64,000 nt of DNA from Candidatus Omnitrophota bacterium (GCA_018825985.1 JAHKAP010000018.1:4134-68133), one strand, 5' to 3'. Positions 28,262 through 38,758 are shown, counted from the stretch's first letter. Translations and numbers: made by a program. The notes: a model not told the origin generated them from the sequence alone.

Positions 28262-29518
28262 TTACGTTCCAATTTCCCAACTTGATAAATACTTCTTCTG
28301 CTGCGCAGTTAGAATATCTATCTTTATGCCCATAGATTTAAGCTTAAGATAAGCGATATTATTATCTATATCCTCGGGAACAGTATAGACATCTTTATTA
28401 AGCTTGCGAAAGCTATTCTTTATATACTCCGCGCTTAAAGCTTGATTAGCAAAAGACATATCCATAACCTGAGCCGGATGTCCCTCTGCGGCAGCAAGGT
28501 TAATCAACCGGCCTTCTCCCAATAAATAAACCCTGCGTCCATTCCTAAGCTTATACTCAACCACAAAATCGCGGATAGTTTTCTTAGACCGGGCAAGTTT
28601 TTCCAAAGACGGAATCTCTATCTCTACGTTAAAATGTCCGGAATTACAGACTATTGCCCCGTCCTTCATTATTATAAAATGTTCCTCACGGATCACATTA
28701 ATATCCCCGGTAACCGTTACAAATATATCTCCGATCCTGGCGGCGTCTTTTATAGGCATTACCTGAAATCCATCCATAACCGCTTCCAGGGCTTTTAAAG
28801 GAGAAATTTCGATTACATATACATTAGCTCCCATTCCCTTGGCTCTCATGGCCACTCCCCTGCCGCACCATCCATAACCGCAGACCACAAAATTTGAGCC
28901 GGCCACCAATTTATTGGTTGCCCGGATTATTCCGTCAATAGTAGATTGGCCCGTGCCATAACGATTATCAAAAAGATGCTTGGTCAAAGCGTCATTTACG
29001 GCGATTATCGGATAACGCAATTTACCCTCTTTAGCCAGGGCCTTTAACCGGATCACTCCGGTAGTGGTCTCTTCGGTTCCGCCGATAATATTGCTATGCA
29101 TTGATACCGGACGCTGATGGATAGTGCTGACTAAATCAGCTCCGTCATCCATTGTAATATCAGGTCTTAGTGCCAAAACTTCTTGCATATGCTTGTAATA
29201 AGTTTTTGTATCTTCACCCTTAACAGCGAATACCGGAATCTTCAAATTCTTAACTAAAGAAGCAGCCACATCATCCTGGGTAGATAAAGGATTGGAAGCG
29301 CAAACCACAACTTCAGCCCCGCCAGCCTTTAATACTTCCGCTAGAACCCCGGTTTCGGTAGTAACATGCAAACAGCAGGATATCTTTACTCCTTTTAAAG
29401 GTTTTCCTTTATGAAAACGCTCAAGCAAAAGCCTTAAAACCGGCATGTTATTTCTGGCCCACTCGATCCGGAGCGCGCCCTTTTTAGCTAATTTTATATC
29501 CTTGATATCATGTCGCAT
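28262..29518 (-). CDS. ahcY: Adenosylhomocysteinase
   Basis: 418 aa: [32 protein letters not shown]. Confidence 0.95.
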   Translation of the reverse strand: MRHDIKDIKLAKKGALRIEWARNNMPVLRLLLERFHKGKPLKGVKISCCLHVTTETGVLAEVLKAGGAEVVVCASNPLSTQDDVAASLVKNLKIPVFAVKGEDTKTYYKHMQEVLALRPDITMDDGADLVSTIHQRPVSMHSNIIGGTEETTTGVIRLKALAKEGKLRYPIIAVNDALTKHLFDNRYGTGQSTIDGIIRATNKLVAGSNFVVCGYGWCGRGVAMRAKGMGANVYVIEISPLKALEAVMDGFQVMPIKDAARIGDIFVTVTGDINVIREEHFIIMKDGAIVCNSGHFNVEIEIPSLEKLARSKKTIRDFVVEYKLRNGRRVYLLGEGRLINLAAAEGHPAQVMDMSFANQALSAEYIKNSFRKLNKDVYTVPEDIDNNIAYLKLKSMGIKIDILTAQQKKYLSSWEIGT

Positions 29519-29534
29519 CCCATCTCCTATTTTT

Positions 29535-29596
29535 ATTAGGGACAGCGACTATTTTTTTAGAAAGTTGCTTTGGAAAAAATAGTCGCTGTCCCTAAT
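29535..29596. repeat. 23-bp perfect inverted repeat (GGGACAGCGACTATTTTT type) between metK and ahcY
   Basis: ATTAGGGACAGCGACTATTTTTT, a 16-nt loop, then AAAAAATAGTCGCTGTCCCTAAT. The left arm recurs at 38992..39011. Confidence 0.85.
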
Positions 29597-29605
29597 ATTC
29601 CAATA

Positions 29606-30769
29606 TTATAACTTAGCTGCTTGTTTCTTCAACACCTCAACTTTATCAGTTACTTCCCAGCTGAATCCAGGTTCAGTCCTTCCAAAATGCCCGTATGCAG
29701 CAGTCTGTTTGAATATCGGCCGCCTTAGGGACAAAGTCTTAATTATCCCTGCCGGATTTAGCTGAAAATTCTGTCTTATAAGTTTGATAAAATCGGCTTC
29801 GGAAAGCTCTGATGTGCCGTAAGTATCAACCATTACCGATAACGGTTCGGCGTAACCTATAACATAAGCCAACTGAACCAAGCATCTTTCAGCCAATCCT
29901 GCAGCTACGATATTCTTGGCGATATAGCGGGCCATATAAGCCGCTGAACGGTCAACCTTAGTCGGATCTTTACCTGAAAATGCTCCGCCGCCATGAGGAA
30001 CTGTTCCGCCGTAAGTATCCACCATAATCTTTCTTCCGGTCATGCCTGTATCTGACTGCGGCCCGCCGACAACAAACTTTCCGGTCTGGTTGACAAAATA
30101 ACGAGTATTTTTATCTACCCAATGCTTTAATACCGGTTTAGCTACCACATCAATTATTTCCTCCCTGGCCTTCTGGGTAATATTATGCCCGGTTTTATCC
30201 AGGATCTCTTCAGTATGCTGACTGGCTAAAACCACTGAATCCACCCGCACCGGTTTATTCTTATAATACTCGACTGTAACCTGGGATTTACCATCCGGCC
30301 CAAGGTATTTTAAAATTGCCTTTTTACGTACTTCACTAAGCCTCTTTGACAATGCTTGAGATAAAGTTATCGCCAGGGGCATTAATTCCGGAGTCTCTTT
30401 ACAGGCAAACCCGAACATTAATCCCTGGTCTCCGGCGCCGCCCGCGTCAACTCCCTGGGCAATATCCGGGGACTGAGTATGGATAGCGTTAAGAATAGCG
30501 CAGGTATGAAAATCAAATCCGTACTTGGGATGGGTATAACCGATCTCCTCAATGATCTTACGGGCTGTTTTATGCACATCTACAAAACAATTGGTGGTAA
30601 TCTCGCCGCCCACAATCAATAGCCCCATGGTAACATATGTCTCACAGGCAACTCTTCCGGTGGGATCCTGTCTTAATATCTCGTCTAAAATACCGTCAGA
30701 AACCTGATCGCATAATTTATCCGGGTGCCCCTCTGTTACCGATTCAGAAGTGAATAACGTCTTCTCCAT
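29606..30769 (-). CDS. metK: S-adenosylmethionine synthase
   Basis: [37 protein letters not shown]. Confidence 0.95.
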   Translation of the reverse strand: MEKTLFTSESVTEGHPDKLCDQVSDGILDEILRQDPTGRVACETYVTMGLLIVGGEITTNCFVDVHKTARKIIEEIGYTHPKYGFDFHTCAILNAIHTQSPDIAQGVDAGGAGDQGLMFGFACKETPELMPLAITLSQALSKRLSEVRKKAILKYLGPDGKSQVTVEYYKNKPVRVDSVVLASQHTEEILDKTGHNITQKAREEIIDVVAKPVLKHWVDKNTRYFVNQTGKFVVGGPQSDTGMTGRKIMVDTYGGTVPHGGGAFSGKDPTKVDRSAAYMARYIAKNIVAAGLAERCLVQLAYVIGYAEPLSVMVDTYGTSELSEADFIKLIRQNFQLNPAGIIKTLSLRRPIFKQTAAYGHFGRTEPGFSWEVTDKVEVLKKQAAKL

Positions 30770-30775
30770 TTTTTG

Positions 30776-31519
30776 CTATTCTCCTTTCATTATCTCTTTT
30801 AACATATCGTAGGTCTCTATCCTGCCGATATCCACCCAAAGATTTCTAAAGATAAAACCATAAACTTTATCTTTTTTAGTTAGCCAGTCTATATATACCC
30901 CGATGTTATCAAAGCAAACCTTAGAATCATCGATGCATCTCTTGATCAATCCTACTTTATCGCGGGGAAAATAATAAATACAGGTAGCTACCAAACTAGA
31001 CTTAGGCCGGGCAGGCTTTTCTTTAAATTCTGTTATCCGGCCCTGCTTGTCCAGGCTTACCACCCCGTAATTTCTTGCCTCAGACCTATTCTTAATATCA
31101 ACTACCCCTATGCTTACTGCCGGGGATTTCTTGGCGGCAAAATCGACAAATCTGTTCAGCGATTCACGGAAAAAATTATCACCGCCCAAAATAATATAAT
31201 CATCATCAAAGCCTTCTTGCTTAAAAACCAGGTACATATCCTTAACTGCGCCCAGTTTTTCTTCCGGCGAGCGGCTGTAGTCATTTATGATTTTGATCCT
31301 ATCTTTTATATCTAAACCATCCCTCCACTTCTGGAAATGCTTAAAAAAACGGTCATTGGTAACTATAATAACCTCAGAAAGCCCCTTTAACTTCTTTAAT
31401 TTATCTACCAAATACTCAATGATCGGTTTCTGGTTTATCTCCAGAAGAGGTTTAGGATAATTCTTTATATAAGGATAAAGCCTGGTCCCATATCCCGCAG
31501 CTAAGATTAAAGCTTTCAT
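30776..31519 (-). CDS. Sugar-phosphate nucleotidyltransferase family protein
   Basis: MKALILAAGYGTRLYP...KPLL N-terminal NTP-transferase signature. Substrate unknown. Confidence 0.7.
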   Translation of the reverse strand: MKALILAAGYGTRLYPYIKNYPKPLLEINQKPIIEYLVDKLKKLKGLSEVIIVTNDRFFKHFQKWRDGLDIKDRIKIINDYSRSPEEKLGAVKDMYLVFKQEGFDDDYIILGGDNFFRESLNRFVDFAAKKSPAVSIGVVDIKNRSEARNYGVVSLDKQGRITEFKEKPARPKSSLVATCIYYFPRDKVGLIKRCIDDSKVCFDNIGVYIDWLTKKDKVYGFIFRNLWVDIGRIETYDMLKEIMKGE

Positions 31520-31536
31520 ATTTTTCTCGGTTTAGG

Positions 31537-33267
31537 CTACCTTTTAAGGGCCTTTAGTTTGGCCTGCATAAATAATTCTACTTCCTTGGGAGTCGGCAGG
31601 CTTAATGCTTCTTTAGCTATCTCTTTAGCTTCTTTCGCGGTTATGGAGCGGACCAGGTATTTTATAGATGGTACTGCCAAAGAAGGCATGCTAAATTCAT
31701 CCAGCCCCATCCCCAATAATATCCAGACAAATATTTCGTCCGAGGCCATTTCGCCGCACATCCCGACCTTTATATTATTGGCGTGAGCTGAATCAATAAC
31801 GTTCTTGATCATTCTCAATACCGCCGGGTGGGCCGGCTCATAAAGATAGGCTACTTTTTCATTGGTCCGGTCAACTGCCAGGGCATACTGGATAAGGTCA
31901 TTTGTCCCAATACTGAAAAAATCCGCTTCTTTAGCCAATAAATCGGCTATCAGCGCTGCCGACGGCACCTCGATCATCACCCCTACCTCGATATCATCGT
32001 CAAAAGGAACTCTTTTTTCTTTTAACTCTTTCTTGCATTGTTCTAAAATAACATTGGCCTGCTTAAGCTCCTCTATACCTGATATCATCGGATACATCAT
32101 CTTCAATTTTCCGTAAACCGAGGCTCTGAGGATCGCCCTTAATTGCAGTTTGAATAAATCCGGACGGGCCAGGCAGAACCTGATAGCCCGCCATCCCATA
32201 AAAGGCTGCATCTCCTTCGGAATATCGAATTGAGACAAAAACTTATCTCCGCCGATATCTATAGTGCGGATGATCACCGGATACGGCTTCATCTCTTCAG
32301 CCACATATTTATAAGCCTGAAAATGCTCTTCTTCAGTAGGCAGGTCCTTACGGTTCATATAGAAGAACTCGGTGCGGTATAAGCCTATGCCCTGAGCCCC
32401 GTGGAGTTTAACCGAAGGCACCTCATCAGGAAATTCGATATTAGCGATTATCTCCACCGACTCCCCATCCTGAGTAACCGCAGGCAGGTCCTTATCTACC
32501 AGAAGCTTATCGGACAAACCCTTAAGTATTTCCTCTTCTTTCTGGTAATTTAAGAGCGTGTCTTCATCGGGATTTACAATTATCATCCCCATACTACCGT
32601 CAACGATTAATATGTCGTTCATCTTTATGCTGGCAGTGGCGTTTTGAACACCGACTACCGCAGGAATCTCCAAAGACTTGGCCATGATCGCCGTATGCGA
32701 GGTCTTGCCGCCGATATCGGTAACAAATGCGCATACATTCTGCTTATACATACTGGCGGTATCCGAGGGCGAGATATCATGAGCTACTATAACAACCTTT
32801 TCTTTTATGTCTCCCAGGCTCTTATGCTCTTTGCCCAAAAGGTTACGCAAAATCCTCCTACCCACATCATTAATATCGCTCATCCGCTCTTTAAGGTATT
32901 CGTCTTCAATTTTAGAAAAGACATCGATGTATTTTTTTAAAACCTCGGAAAAGATATAGGCAACGCTTAAATGCTCCTTTTTAAGCCTAGAGATGACCTC
33001 TTCAATCAGCATCCGGTCCTCCAGGACCAGCAAGTGAGCGTCAAATATCTGGGCCTCATCCTGGCCCATATCGGTCGAGATCCTCTTCTGCAATTCAATG
33101 ATCTCCTTACGGGTCTGGATCAAGGCCTCTTCAAATAACTGTATCTGCAAGGGTATTTCTTCCTGGGTTATCGACTGGATAGGAACAATGTATTCTTCCC
33201 TGCCTATCCTATATGCCGGGCCTATCTTTATTCCAGGAGCCGCGGCTATGCCTTTTAAAGTCAACAT
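31537..33267 (-). CDS. ptsI: Phosphoenolpyruvate-protein phosphotransferase (PTS enzyme I)
   Basis: GGKTSHTAIMAKSLEIPAVVG (active His), GLYRTEFF, FSIGTNDLIQY. Confidence 0.95.
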   Translation of the reverse strand: MLTLKGIAAAPGIKIGPAYRIGREEYIVPIQSITQEEIPLQIQLFEEALIQTRKEIIELQKRISTDMGQDEAQIFDAHLLVLEDRMLIEEVISRLKKEHLSVAYIFSEVLKKYIDVFSKIEDEYLKERMSDINDVGRRILRNLLGKEHKSLGDIKEKVVIVAHDISPSDTASMYKQNVCAFVTDIGGKTSHTAIMAKSLEIPAVVGVQNATASIKMNDILIVDGSMGMIIVNPDEDTLLNYQKEEEILKGLSDKLLVDKDLPAVTQDGESVEIIANIEFPDEVPSVKLHGAQGIGLYRTEFFYMNRKDLPTEEEHFQAYKYVAEEMKPYPVIIRTIDIGGDKFLSQFDIPKEMQPFMGWRAIRFCLARPDLFKLQLRAILRASVYGKLKMMYPMISGIEELKQANVILEQCKKELKEKRVPFDDDIEVGVMIEVPSAALIADLLAKEADFFSIGTNDLIQYALAVDRTNEKVAYLYEPAHPAVLRMIKNVIDSAHANNIKVGMCGEMASDEIFVWILLGMGLDEFSMPSLAVPSIKYLVRSITAKEAKEIAKEALSLPTPKEVELFMQAKLKALKR

Positions 33268-33269
33268 TT

Positions 33270-33533
33270 TTATTCCTCTTGAGTAATAATCTTTTCTAAT
33301 TCGGCTATGGCCTGTTGGGCATCGCTGCCATCCGCCTGAATCACTATTACGCTGCCCTTTTCTGCCCCCAACATCAAAATACCCATAATAGATTTCCCGT
33401 CAACCTCTTCTTTATCCCGGCTGACAATCACCCGCGAATCAAATTTGTTCGCTACCTGGACAAATAAAGCCGCCGGCCGGGCATGTAATCCCTGCTTATT
33501 TTTAACCGTCATTTTCTTTTTTACTAAAGGCAT
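33270..33533 (-). CDS. ptsH: Phosphocarrier protein HPr
   Basis: GLHARPA (His15) and GKSIMGIL (Ser46) contexts. Confidence 0.9.
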   Translation of the reverse strand: MPLVKKKMTVKNKQGLHARPAALFVQVANKFDSRVIVSRDKEEVDGKSIMGILMLGAEKGSVIVIQADGSDAQQAIAELEKIITQEE

Positions 33534-33538
33534 GCTAT

Positions 33539-34804
33539 CTATACCTCTTCGATAAGACTGAATATTACTTTGGCTAATTTTAACGGGTCATGCCTGATAA
33601 CGTCATCAGCGACCACTATATCATCCTCAATCACCCGGTAACCCATACCCTCGACATTTTTTCTATCGTCAACAACCGGATGGGCATTCTCCATCTGGTA
33701 GCGCTTAAGGCTGTTAGAGGTGATCCTCCCGGTATTAACTATGCAATAATCTAAAATCCTTTGGTGGCTGTGATCAACCAACTTTTTAATATGATTGGAT
33801 AAACTGTAGCCGTCGGTCTCGCCCGGCTGAGTCATCACATTACAGATATATACTTTAACCGCCCTAGAGACTGAAATTGCCGCGGTGATCTCTTGTATCA
33901 AAAGATTCGGGATTATACTGGTATAAAGCGAACCCGGACCCAATATAATTATCTCGGCTTCATTTATCGCCTTGACCGCTTCCGGCGTTGCCTCCGGTTC
34001 AGCCGGCTTCAAAAAAACCCTATCGATAGCCTTATTAGCTAATGGGATCTTATCTTCTCCCTCGATAACCGAACCGTCTTTATAAAAGGCGCCCAAGGTA
34101 ACGTTATTTAAGGTCGAAGGTATAACCTGACCCCTTAATGCCAGGACCTTACTGGTTTCTTTAATCGCCTTCTCAAAATCACCGGTGAGCTGGGTCATTA
34201 CCGTAATAAACAAATTGCCAAAGCTATGACCGGCTAATTCCGAACCCGCTTCAAAACGGAATTGGAATAATTCCCGCATCAATGTAGAAGCGTCAGCCAA
34301 GGCCACCAGGCAGTTCCTGATATCTCCCGGAGGCAGCATATCAAACTGCTGTCTTAACCTTCCCGACGAACCGCCGGCGTCAGCTACCGTAACTATGGCA
34401 GTTATGTTCGAAGTAAATTCCTTTAAACCAGTCAGGAGAACGGATAAACCGGTTCCTCCTCCGATAACCACCACTTTAGGGCCGCGGCCCAATTGCTGCC
34501 TGCGGTATAGTATATCAGCCAGGTCATCCCCCTTAGAAGATGAAGTCACCGCCGAAATAAAAAAACGGATTATCCGGATTACGCCTAAAACTAAAATCGT
34601 AACGCTTGAAAAAAGAACTATTATATCCAGTATCTTGACTACCCAATATTCTTCAGTCCGCAGATAGCTGGAGCTGATCACCAAAAGAATTATGCTAAAA
34701 AAACTTAAGCCTACCCAGCGTTTTATGCCTATACCAGGCGAGAGCCAAATAAAAACATTCTTGAATCTGTATTTAATTCTTGCTATTAGATTAGTTTTTT
34801 TCAT
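33539..34804 (-). CDS. YvcK/CofD-like (gluconeogenesis factor family) protein with an N-terminal two-TM extension
   Basis: VVVIGGGTGLSVLLTGLK core, preceded by about 100 aa with two hydrophobic spans. Confidence 0.8.
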   Translation of the reverse strand: MKKTNLIARIKYRFKNVFIWLSPGIGIKRWVGLSFFSIILLVISSSYLRTEEYWVVKILDIIVLFSSVTILVLGVIRIIRFFISAVTSSSKGDDLADILYRRQQLGRGPKVVVIGGGTGLSVLLTGLKEFTSNITAIVTVADAGGSSGRLRQQFDMLPPGDIRNCLVALADASTLMRELFQFRFEAGSELAGHSFGNLFITVMTQLTGDFEKAIKETSKVLALRGQVIPSTLNNVTLGAFYKDGSVIEGEDKIPLANKAIDRVFLKPAEPEATPEAVKAINEAEIIILGPGSLYTSIIPNLLIQEITAAISVSRAVKVYICNVMTQPGETDGYSLSNHIKKLVDHSHQRILDYCIVNTGRITSNSLKRYQMENAHPVVDDRKNVEGMGYRVIEDDIVVADDVIRHDPLKLAKVIFSLIEEV

Positions 34805-35258
34805 CTTCCTGGCCGATTATTTTTATCACTTCTGCCGGATCATTGCATGCGCGCAAACCATCACGGAAATATTTATCCTTTAACAACCGGGAGATGCGAG
34901 CCAGGGCCTTGAGATGGGGACCAGCTGAATCTTGAGGCGCGACTAACATGAAAAAAATATATACTTTTTCGCCGTCCAGAGAATCAAAATCAACGCCTTT
35001 TTTGGAAAGCCCAAATGCCAAAACCAGATTAGTGACGCAGTCTGACTTGGCGTGCGGTATGGCGATACCCTGGCCAATGGCGGTAGAACCCAGAGATTCC
35101 CTTTCCATCAAAGCATCAATCAGCTTATTCCGGCTGTTTTTCTCAATATCACCCGAGCTAACCAGCACATCAACCATTTCTTTGATAACATCCTCTTTCT
35201 TGGCTGATTTTACATCAGTAGTAATAGCCTTCTTAGACAAAAAATCCATTATCTTCAT
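34791..35258 (-). CDS. ptsN: PTS IIA-Ntr-type regulatory protein
   Basis: GSTAIGQGIAIPHAK active-site His context; 155 aa. Confidence 0.85.
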   Translation of the reverse strand: MKIMDFLSKKAITTDVKSAKKEDVIKEMVDVLVSSGDIEKNSRNKLIDALMERESLGSTAIGQGIAIPHAKSDCVTNLVLAFGLSKKGVDFDSLDGEKVYIFFMLVAPQDSAGPHLKALARISRLLKDKYFRDGLRACNDPAEVIKIIGQEDEKN

Positions 35259-35309
35259 ATTCTTCGCTCCTTTTGATTTTTCCTAAACTTGATTGTTTCA
35301 AAAAATTAA

Positions 35310-35382
<73 letters not shown>

Positions 35383-35414
35383 GTCGCTCGCTATATGTTT
35401 TTTCCATATAATAG

Positions 35415-35496
35415 TGCGGACGAAGGGATTTGAACCCCCAAGGGTTGCCCCAATAGCTCCTAAGGCTATCGCGTATGCCAATTCCGCCACGTCCGC
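35415..35496 (-). tRNA. tRNA-Leu (UAG), long variable arm
   Basis: Minus strand reads GCGGACG...ATAGC-CTTAGGA-GCTAT, a variable arm, GGGGTTCAAATCCCT, then CGTCCGC. Confidence 0.9.
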
Positions 35497-35554
35497 AGAG
35501 CTTTTTCCCTTTTACCGCTTCGCTCTTGACTATTAACTTTTGATTCTGAATTTA

Positions 35555-35627
35555 TGAGCCTCCCGCGGATCGAACGCGGCACAGCCACATTAAAAGTGTG
35601 GTGCTCTACCAGATGAGCTAGAGGCCC
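35555..35627 (-). tRNA. tRNA-Lys (UUU)
   Basis: Minus strand reads GGGCCTC-TA-GCTCATCTGGTAGAGC-A-CCACA-CTTTTAA-TGTGG..CCGCGTTCGATCCGCGG-GAGGCTC. Confidence 0.9.
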
Positions 35628-35636
35628 GAATCTATT

Positions 35637-36197
35637 TTAAAATTCTGTTACTTCTTTATCTTTTGTTTTATGCATTTCGTCAACTTTAACCATATATTTA
35701 TCGACTAATTTCTGAAGTTCATCTAAGCCTTTAAATTTATCGTCTTCACTGACAATCTTGTCCTTTTCAAGTTTTTCTAAATGTTCCTTAGAATCTCTGC
35801 GGATAGTCCGAAGCGATACCCTGGCCTCTTCGGATATTTTATTTACCACTTTAGTAAGCTCCTGGCGCCTCTCTTTGGAGAGCGGAGGAACCGATAACCT
35901 GATTACTTTACCGTCATTATTAGGGGTAATCCCCAAATTTGACTTTTGTATCGCCTTTTCAATTTCAACGATCGCGGAAATATCCCAGGGCTGAATAGTT
36001 ATTAAATGAGAATCGGGTACGCTAATTGATGCCAAAGTTTTAAGTAAAGTAGGCGTGCCGTAATAATCAACATGCAGCCCTTCAACTAAGCCTGGATGGG
36101 CCCGGCCGGTCCGTATCTCGGAGAATTCCCGGCCCAAAAACTCGATGACCTTCTTCATCTTCTCATCAGTGCTATGCAGAATCTCTTTAACGCTCAT
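35637..36197 (-). CDS. frr: Ribosome recycling factor
   Basis: 186 aa, typical RRF sequence (IRTGRAHPGLVEGLHVDYYG). Confidence 0.95.
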   Translation of the reverse strand: MSVKEILHSTDEKMKKVIEFLGREFSEIRTGRAHPGLVEGLHVDYYGTPTLLKTLASISVPDSHLITIQPWDISAIVEIEKAIQKSNLGITPNNDGKVIRLSVPPLSKERRQELTKVVNKISEEARVSLRTIRRDSKEHLEKLEKDKIVSEDDKFKGLDELQKLVDKYMVKVDEMHKTKDKEVTEF

Positions 36198-36250
36198 CGC
36201 AATCTCCCTCCCTTAAAACTCAATCCACGATCCATGATCAACTATCCGTT

Positions 36251-36982
36251 TTAATTAATAACGGTCCCGATCTTCTCGCCTAGCACGATCCGTTTAATAT
36301 TGCCATCTTTATTAAGATTAAATACCACTATGGGCAATTTATTATCCATGCAAAGGCTGACTGCCGTAGCATCCATGACTTTGAGCCTTTTTTTCAAAAC
36401 ATCTATATATTTTAATCTGCCAAATTTACTGGCGTTTTTTACCTTAAATGGATCCGCTGAATAAACTCCATCCACCTTAGTCGCCTTCAGAATACAATCA
36501 GCGCTTATCTCCATAGCCCTTAACGCGGCCGCTGTATCTGTGGTGAAATAAGGATTGCCGGTGCCAGCCACAAAAATAACTACTCTTCCTTTTTCTAAAT
36601 GCCGAATTGCCTTTCTGCGTATATAAGGTTCGGCAATCCTCTGCATCTCGATAGCGGTCATTACCCTGGTCGGCATGCCATTTTTCTCCAGGACATCCTG
36701 AAGCGCCAGGCCATTTATAACAGTAGCCAACATACCCATATAATCAGCAACACTTCTGTCCATATTTAAACCTAAAGAAGCGGTATTCTCCTGGCCTCTA
36801 AAAATATTCCCGGCCCCTAAAACCAGGGCTACGTCAGTACCCAGATTTCTTATTTCTTTGATCTGGCGGGAGATAGAAACCAGTACAGAATGATCAATGC
36901 CATGGGATTTCTTCCCCTGTAGGGCTTCGCCGCTTAGTTTTAGAAGTATTCTTTTATAGACGGGATAAGAAGACATGCTCAC
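36251..36982 (-). CDS. pyrH: UMP kinase
   Basis: [21 protein letters not shown]. The start may instead be the ATG at 36976 (the track start is a GTG). Confidence 0.95.
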   Translation of the reverse strand: MSMSSYPVYKRILLKLSGEALQGKKSHGIDHSVLVSISRQIKEIRNLGTDVALVLGAGNIFRGQENTASLGLNMDRSVADYMGMLATVINGLALQDVLEKNGMPTRVMTAIEMQRIAEPYIRRKAIRHLEKGRVVIFVAGTGNPYFTTDTAAALRAMEISADCILKATKVDGVYSADPFKVKNASKFGRLKYIDVLKKRLKVMDATAVSLCMDNKLPIVVFNLNKDGNIKRIVLGEKIGTVIN

Positions 36983-37509
36983 TACTCGCCGATCTTATAA
37001 CGCACAAACCTGTTAATCACGATCTTTTCGTTAAACTTAGCCACTAGGCTTCCCAAATAATCATTAATGGTAAGGCTCGCGTCCTTAATAAAAGCCTGTT
37101 CCATTAAACAGTGCTCTTTTATAAAAAGCTCCTTGTTTTTTTCTTTTTCCAAAACTTCTGCCGGGACATCAACTTTGCTTATATACTTAGGGTTTAAGGC
37201 CGCTATCTGCATTGCGCAATCCTTGGTAAACTGACAAAAATCGTTGTTTCGAGCCACAAAATCAGTTTCGCATTTAACTTCCAGCAATACCCCGATCTTA
37301 TTACCGTTATGCAAATAAGCCTCGATCCGGCCCTCTTTGGTAACCCGCCCCTGTTTTTTGGATACAGCCTCCAGGCCGCGTTTACGCAAAAGATCCATTG
37401 ATTTGTTTATATCCCCAGCAGTCTCCTGGAGCACCTGGCGGCAGTCAGCTACGCTGGCAGAACTTAAATTTCTCAATTCCTTGATTAATTCCAAAGATAC
37501 AGTCTTCAT
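36982..37509 (-). CDS. tsf: Elongation factor Ts (short form)
   Basis: [39 protein letters not shown], i.e. a UBA-like N-terminus. Confidence 0.85.
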   Translation of the reverse strand: MKTVSLELIKELRNLSSASVADCRQVLQETAGDINKSMDLLRKRGLEAVSKKQGRVTKEGRIEAYLHNGNKIGVLLEVKCETDFVARNNDFCQFTKDCAMQIAALNPKYISKVDVPAEVLEKEKNKELFIKEHCLMEQAFIKDASLTINDYLGSLVAKFNEKIVINRFVRYKIGE

Positions 37510-37540
37510 TTTTCTTAATTACTCCTTCTTAATATTATTT

Positions 37541-38413
37541 TTATTCTTTTTTGCGTCCGGGGATAGGAGTGCGGCTCTTTTTTTCCGGTTTAGAGCTGTC
37601 TTCTACCGGCGCTTCCTCTTCAACCATCTCCTCGATTTCTTTGATCTTTACTTCTTCCTCAGGAAGCACCGCTATGGGCTCTTCAGAGCCTTCTTTCAAA
37701 GCTACTCCATCCTGAGACAGATAGGACAAAAACCTTTTTCTCCCGTCAATTACGCTATCGGCTATGATACTAGCTACCAGGGATATGGATTTGATGGCAT
37801 CGTCATTTCCCGGGATAGGGTATTCAATCAAGTCCGGATCTGAATTTGTATCAATAAACCCAATAACCGGGATATTCAACCTTTTGGCCTCTTTTACCGC
37901 GGTTTCTTCTTTCTTGGTATCTACGATAAAAATAGCCTTGGGCATGCGCTCCATCTGGGCTATACCGGAGAAGTTTTTCTTTAATTTAGCCAATTCCTTT
38001 TCCAATAAGGAGACTTCTTTTTTGGTTAATTTAGTAAAGGTTCCGTCTTCTTTCATTTTTTCGATGTCTTTTAACCGATTTATGCTCTTCTTAACAGTAG
38101 CAAAATTTGTTAAAAGCCCCCCTGGCCAGCGCTCAGTCACATAATACATGCCGCAACGGATTGTCTCTTGTAATATCGCCTCCTGGGCTTGTTTCTTAGT
38201 CCCCACCAAAAGGATTACTTCTCCTTTAGAAGTGATATCCAGGATAAAATCCCTGGCTTTATTAATGCACTCTTCGGTCTTAAGCAGATCAATAATATAA
38301 ATACCGCTCCTGGAGCCGAAAATATACTTCTTCATCTTTGGGTTCCAGCGCGATGTCTTGTGACCGAAATGAACCCCTGCTTCCAATAGTCGTTTAATTA
38401 GTTCTGAAGGCAA
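37541..38413 (-). CDS. rpsB: 30S ribosomal protein S2 (with an acidic/basic C-terminal extension)
   Basis: LLEAGVHFGHKTSRWNPKM. TTG start with GGGGGAG 7 nt upstream. Confidence 0.95.
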   Translation of the reverse strand: MPSELIKRLLEAGVHFGHKTSRWNPKMKKYIFGSRSGIYIIDLLKTEECINKARDFILDITSKGEVILLVGTKKQAQEAILQETIRCGMYYVTERWPGGLLTNFATVKKSINRLKDIEKMKEDGTFTKLTKKEVSLLEKELAKLKKNFSGIAQMERMPKAIFIVDTKKEETAVKEAKRLNIPVIGFIDTNSDPDLIEYPIPGNDDAIKSISLVASIIADSVIDGRKRFLSYLSQDGVALKEGSEEPIAVLPEEEVKIKEIEEMVEEEAPVEDSSKPEKKSRTPIPGRKKE

Positions 38414-38502
38414 ATTGAACTCCCCCTTTCAATGAATTGGCTAGATACTGGTTTCAAAAAGTACCTAATAACGGTTTAAATTACTTAACTAATAGACCTT
38501 TG

Positions 38503-38530
38503 AGTATAGCATATTTTCTGCCCCTTGCAA
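38503..38530 (-). promoter_or_regulatory. Candidate sigma70-type promoter for rpsB-tsf-pyrH-frr
   Basis: Minus strand reads TTGCAA-16 nt-TATACT, about 85 nt upstream of the rpsB start. Confidence 0.5.
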
Positions 38531-38571
38531 CTATTTTTTCAATTAAAATTGCTTAAAAAAATAACTTTAAC

Positions 38572-38648
38572 ACGGATTTGCGCTGATTTATTAACGGATT
38601 CCCACGGATTATCCGGCATATCCGTTATTTATATCCGTGCATATCCGC
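38572..38648. repeat. Cluster of seven WATCCG / CGGATW motifs (3 in one orientation, 4 in the other) between the divergent rpsB and rpmB promoters
   Basis: ACGGAT at 38572, 38594 and 38604; ATCCG at 38611, 38620, 38633 and 38643. The central pair forms CGGAT-T-ATCCG. Confidence 0.8.
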
Positions 38649-38687
38649 GCCAAATTGTACTTTTTAAGTATTCTCCAATTAAAAAAC

Positions 38688-38715
38688 TTGACAATACTTC
38701 GATTTAAAGTATACT
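38688..38715 (+). promoter_or_regulatory. Candidate sigma70-type promoter for rpmB
   Basis: TTGACA (38688..38693), a 16-nt spacer, then TATACT (38710..38715). GAGGTGG SD lies before the ATG at 38759. Confidence 0.55.
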
Positions 38716-38758
38716 TAACTATACTTTAATCCTAAAAAATCCCAAAAAGAGGTGGAAT

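Noticed and set aside
38572-38648. The ATCCG repeat cluster as DnaA boxes / oriC
   Set aside because: The sites match the TTATCCACA consensus at only about 5 of 9 positions, and there is no switch of gene orientation across the region (minus-strand genes on both sides). A promoter-proximal regulator array is more likely.
38525-38707. 60-aa plus-strand ORF in the rpsB-rpmB intergenic region
   Set aside because: It has no SD, low-complexity sequence, and spans the repeat array and promoter elements. It is considered spurious.
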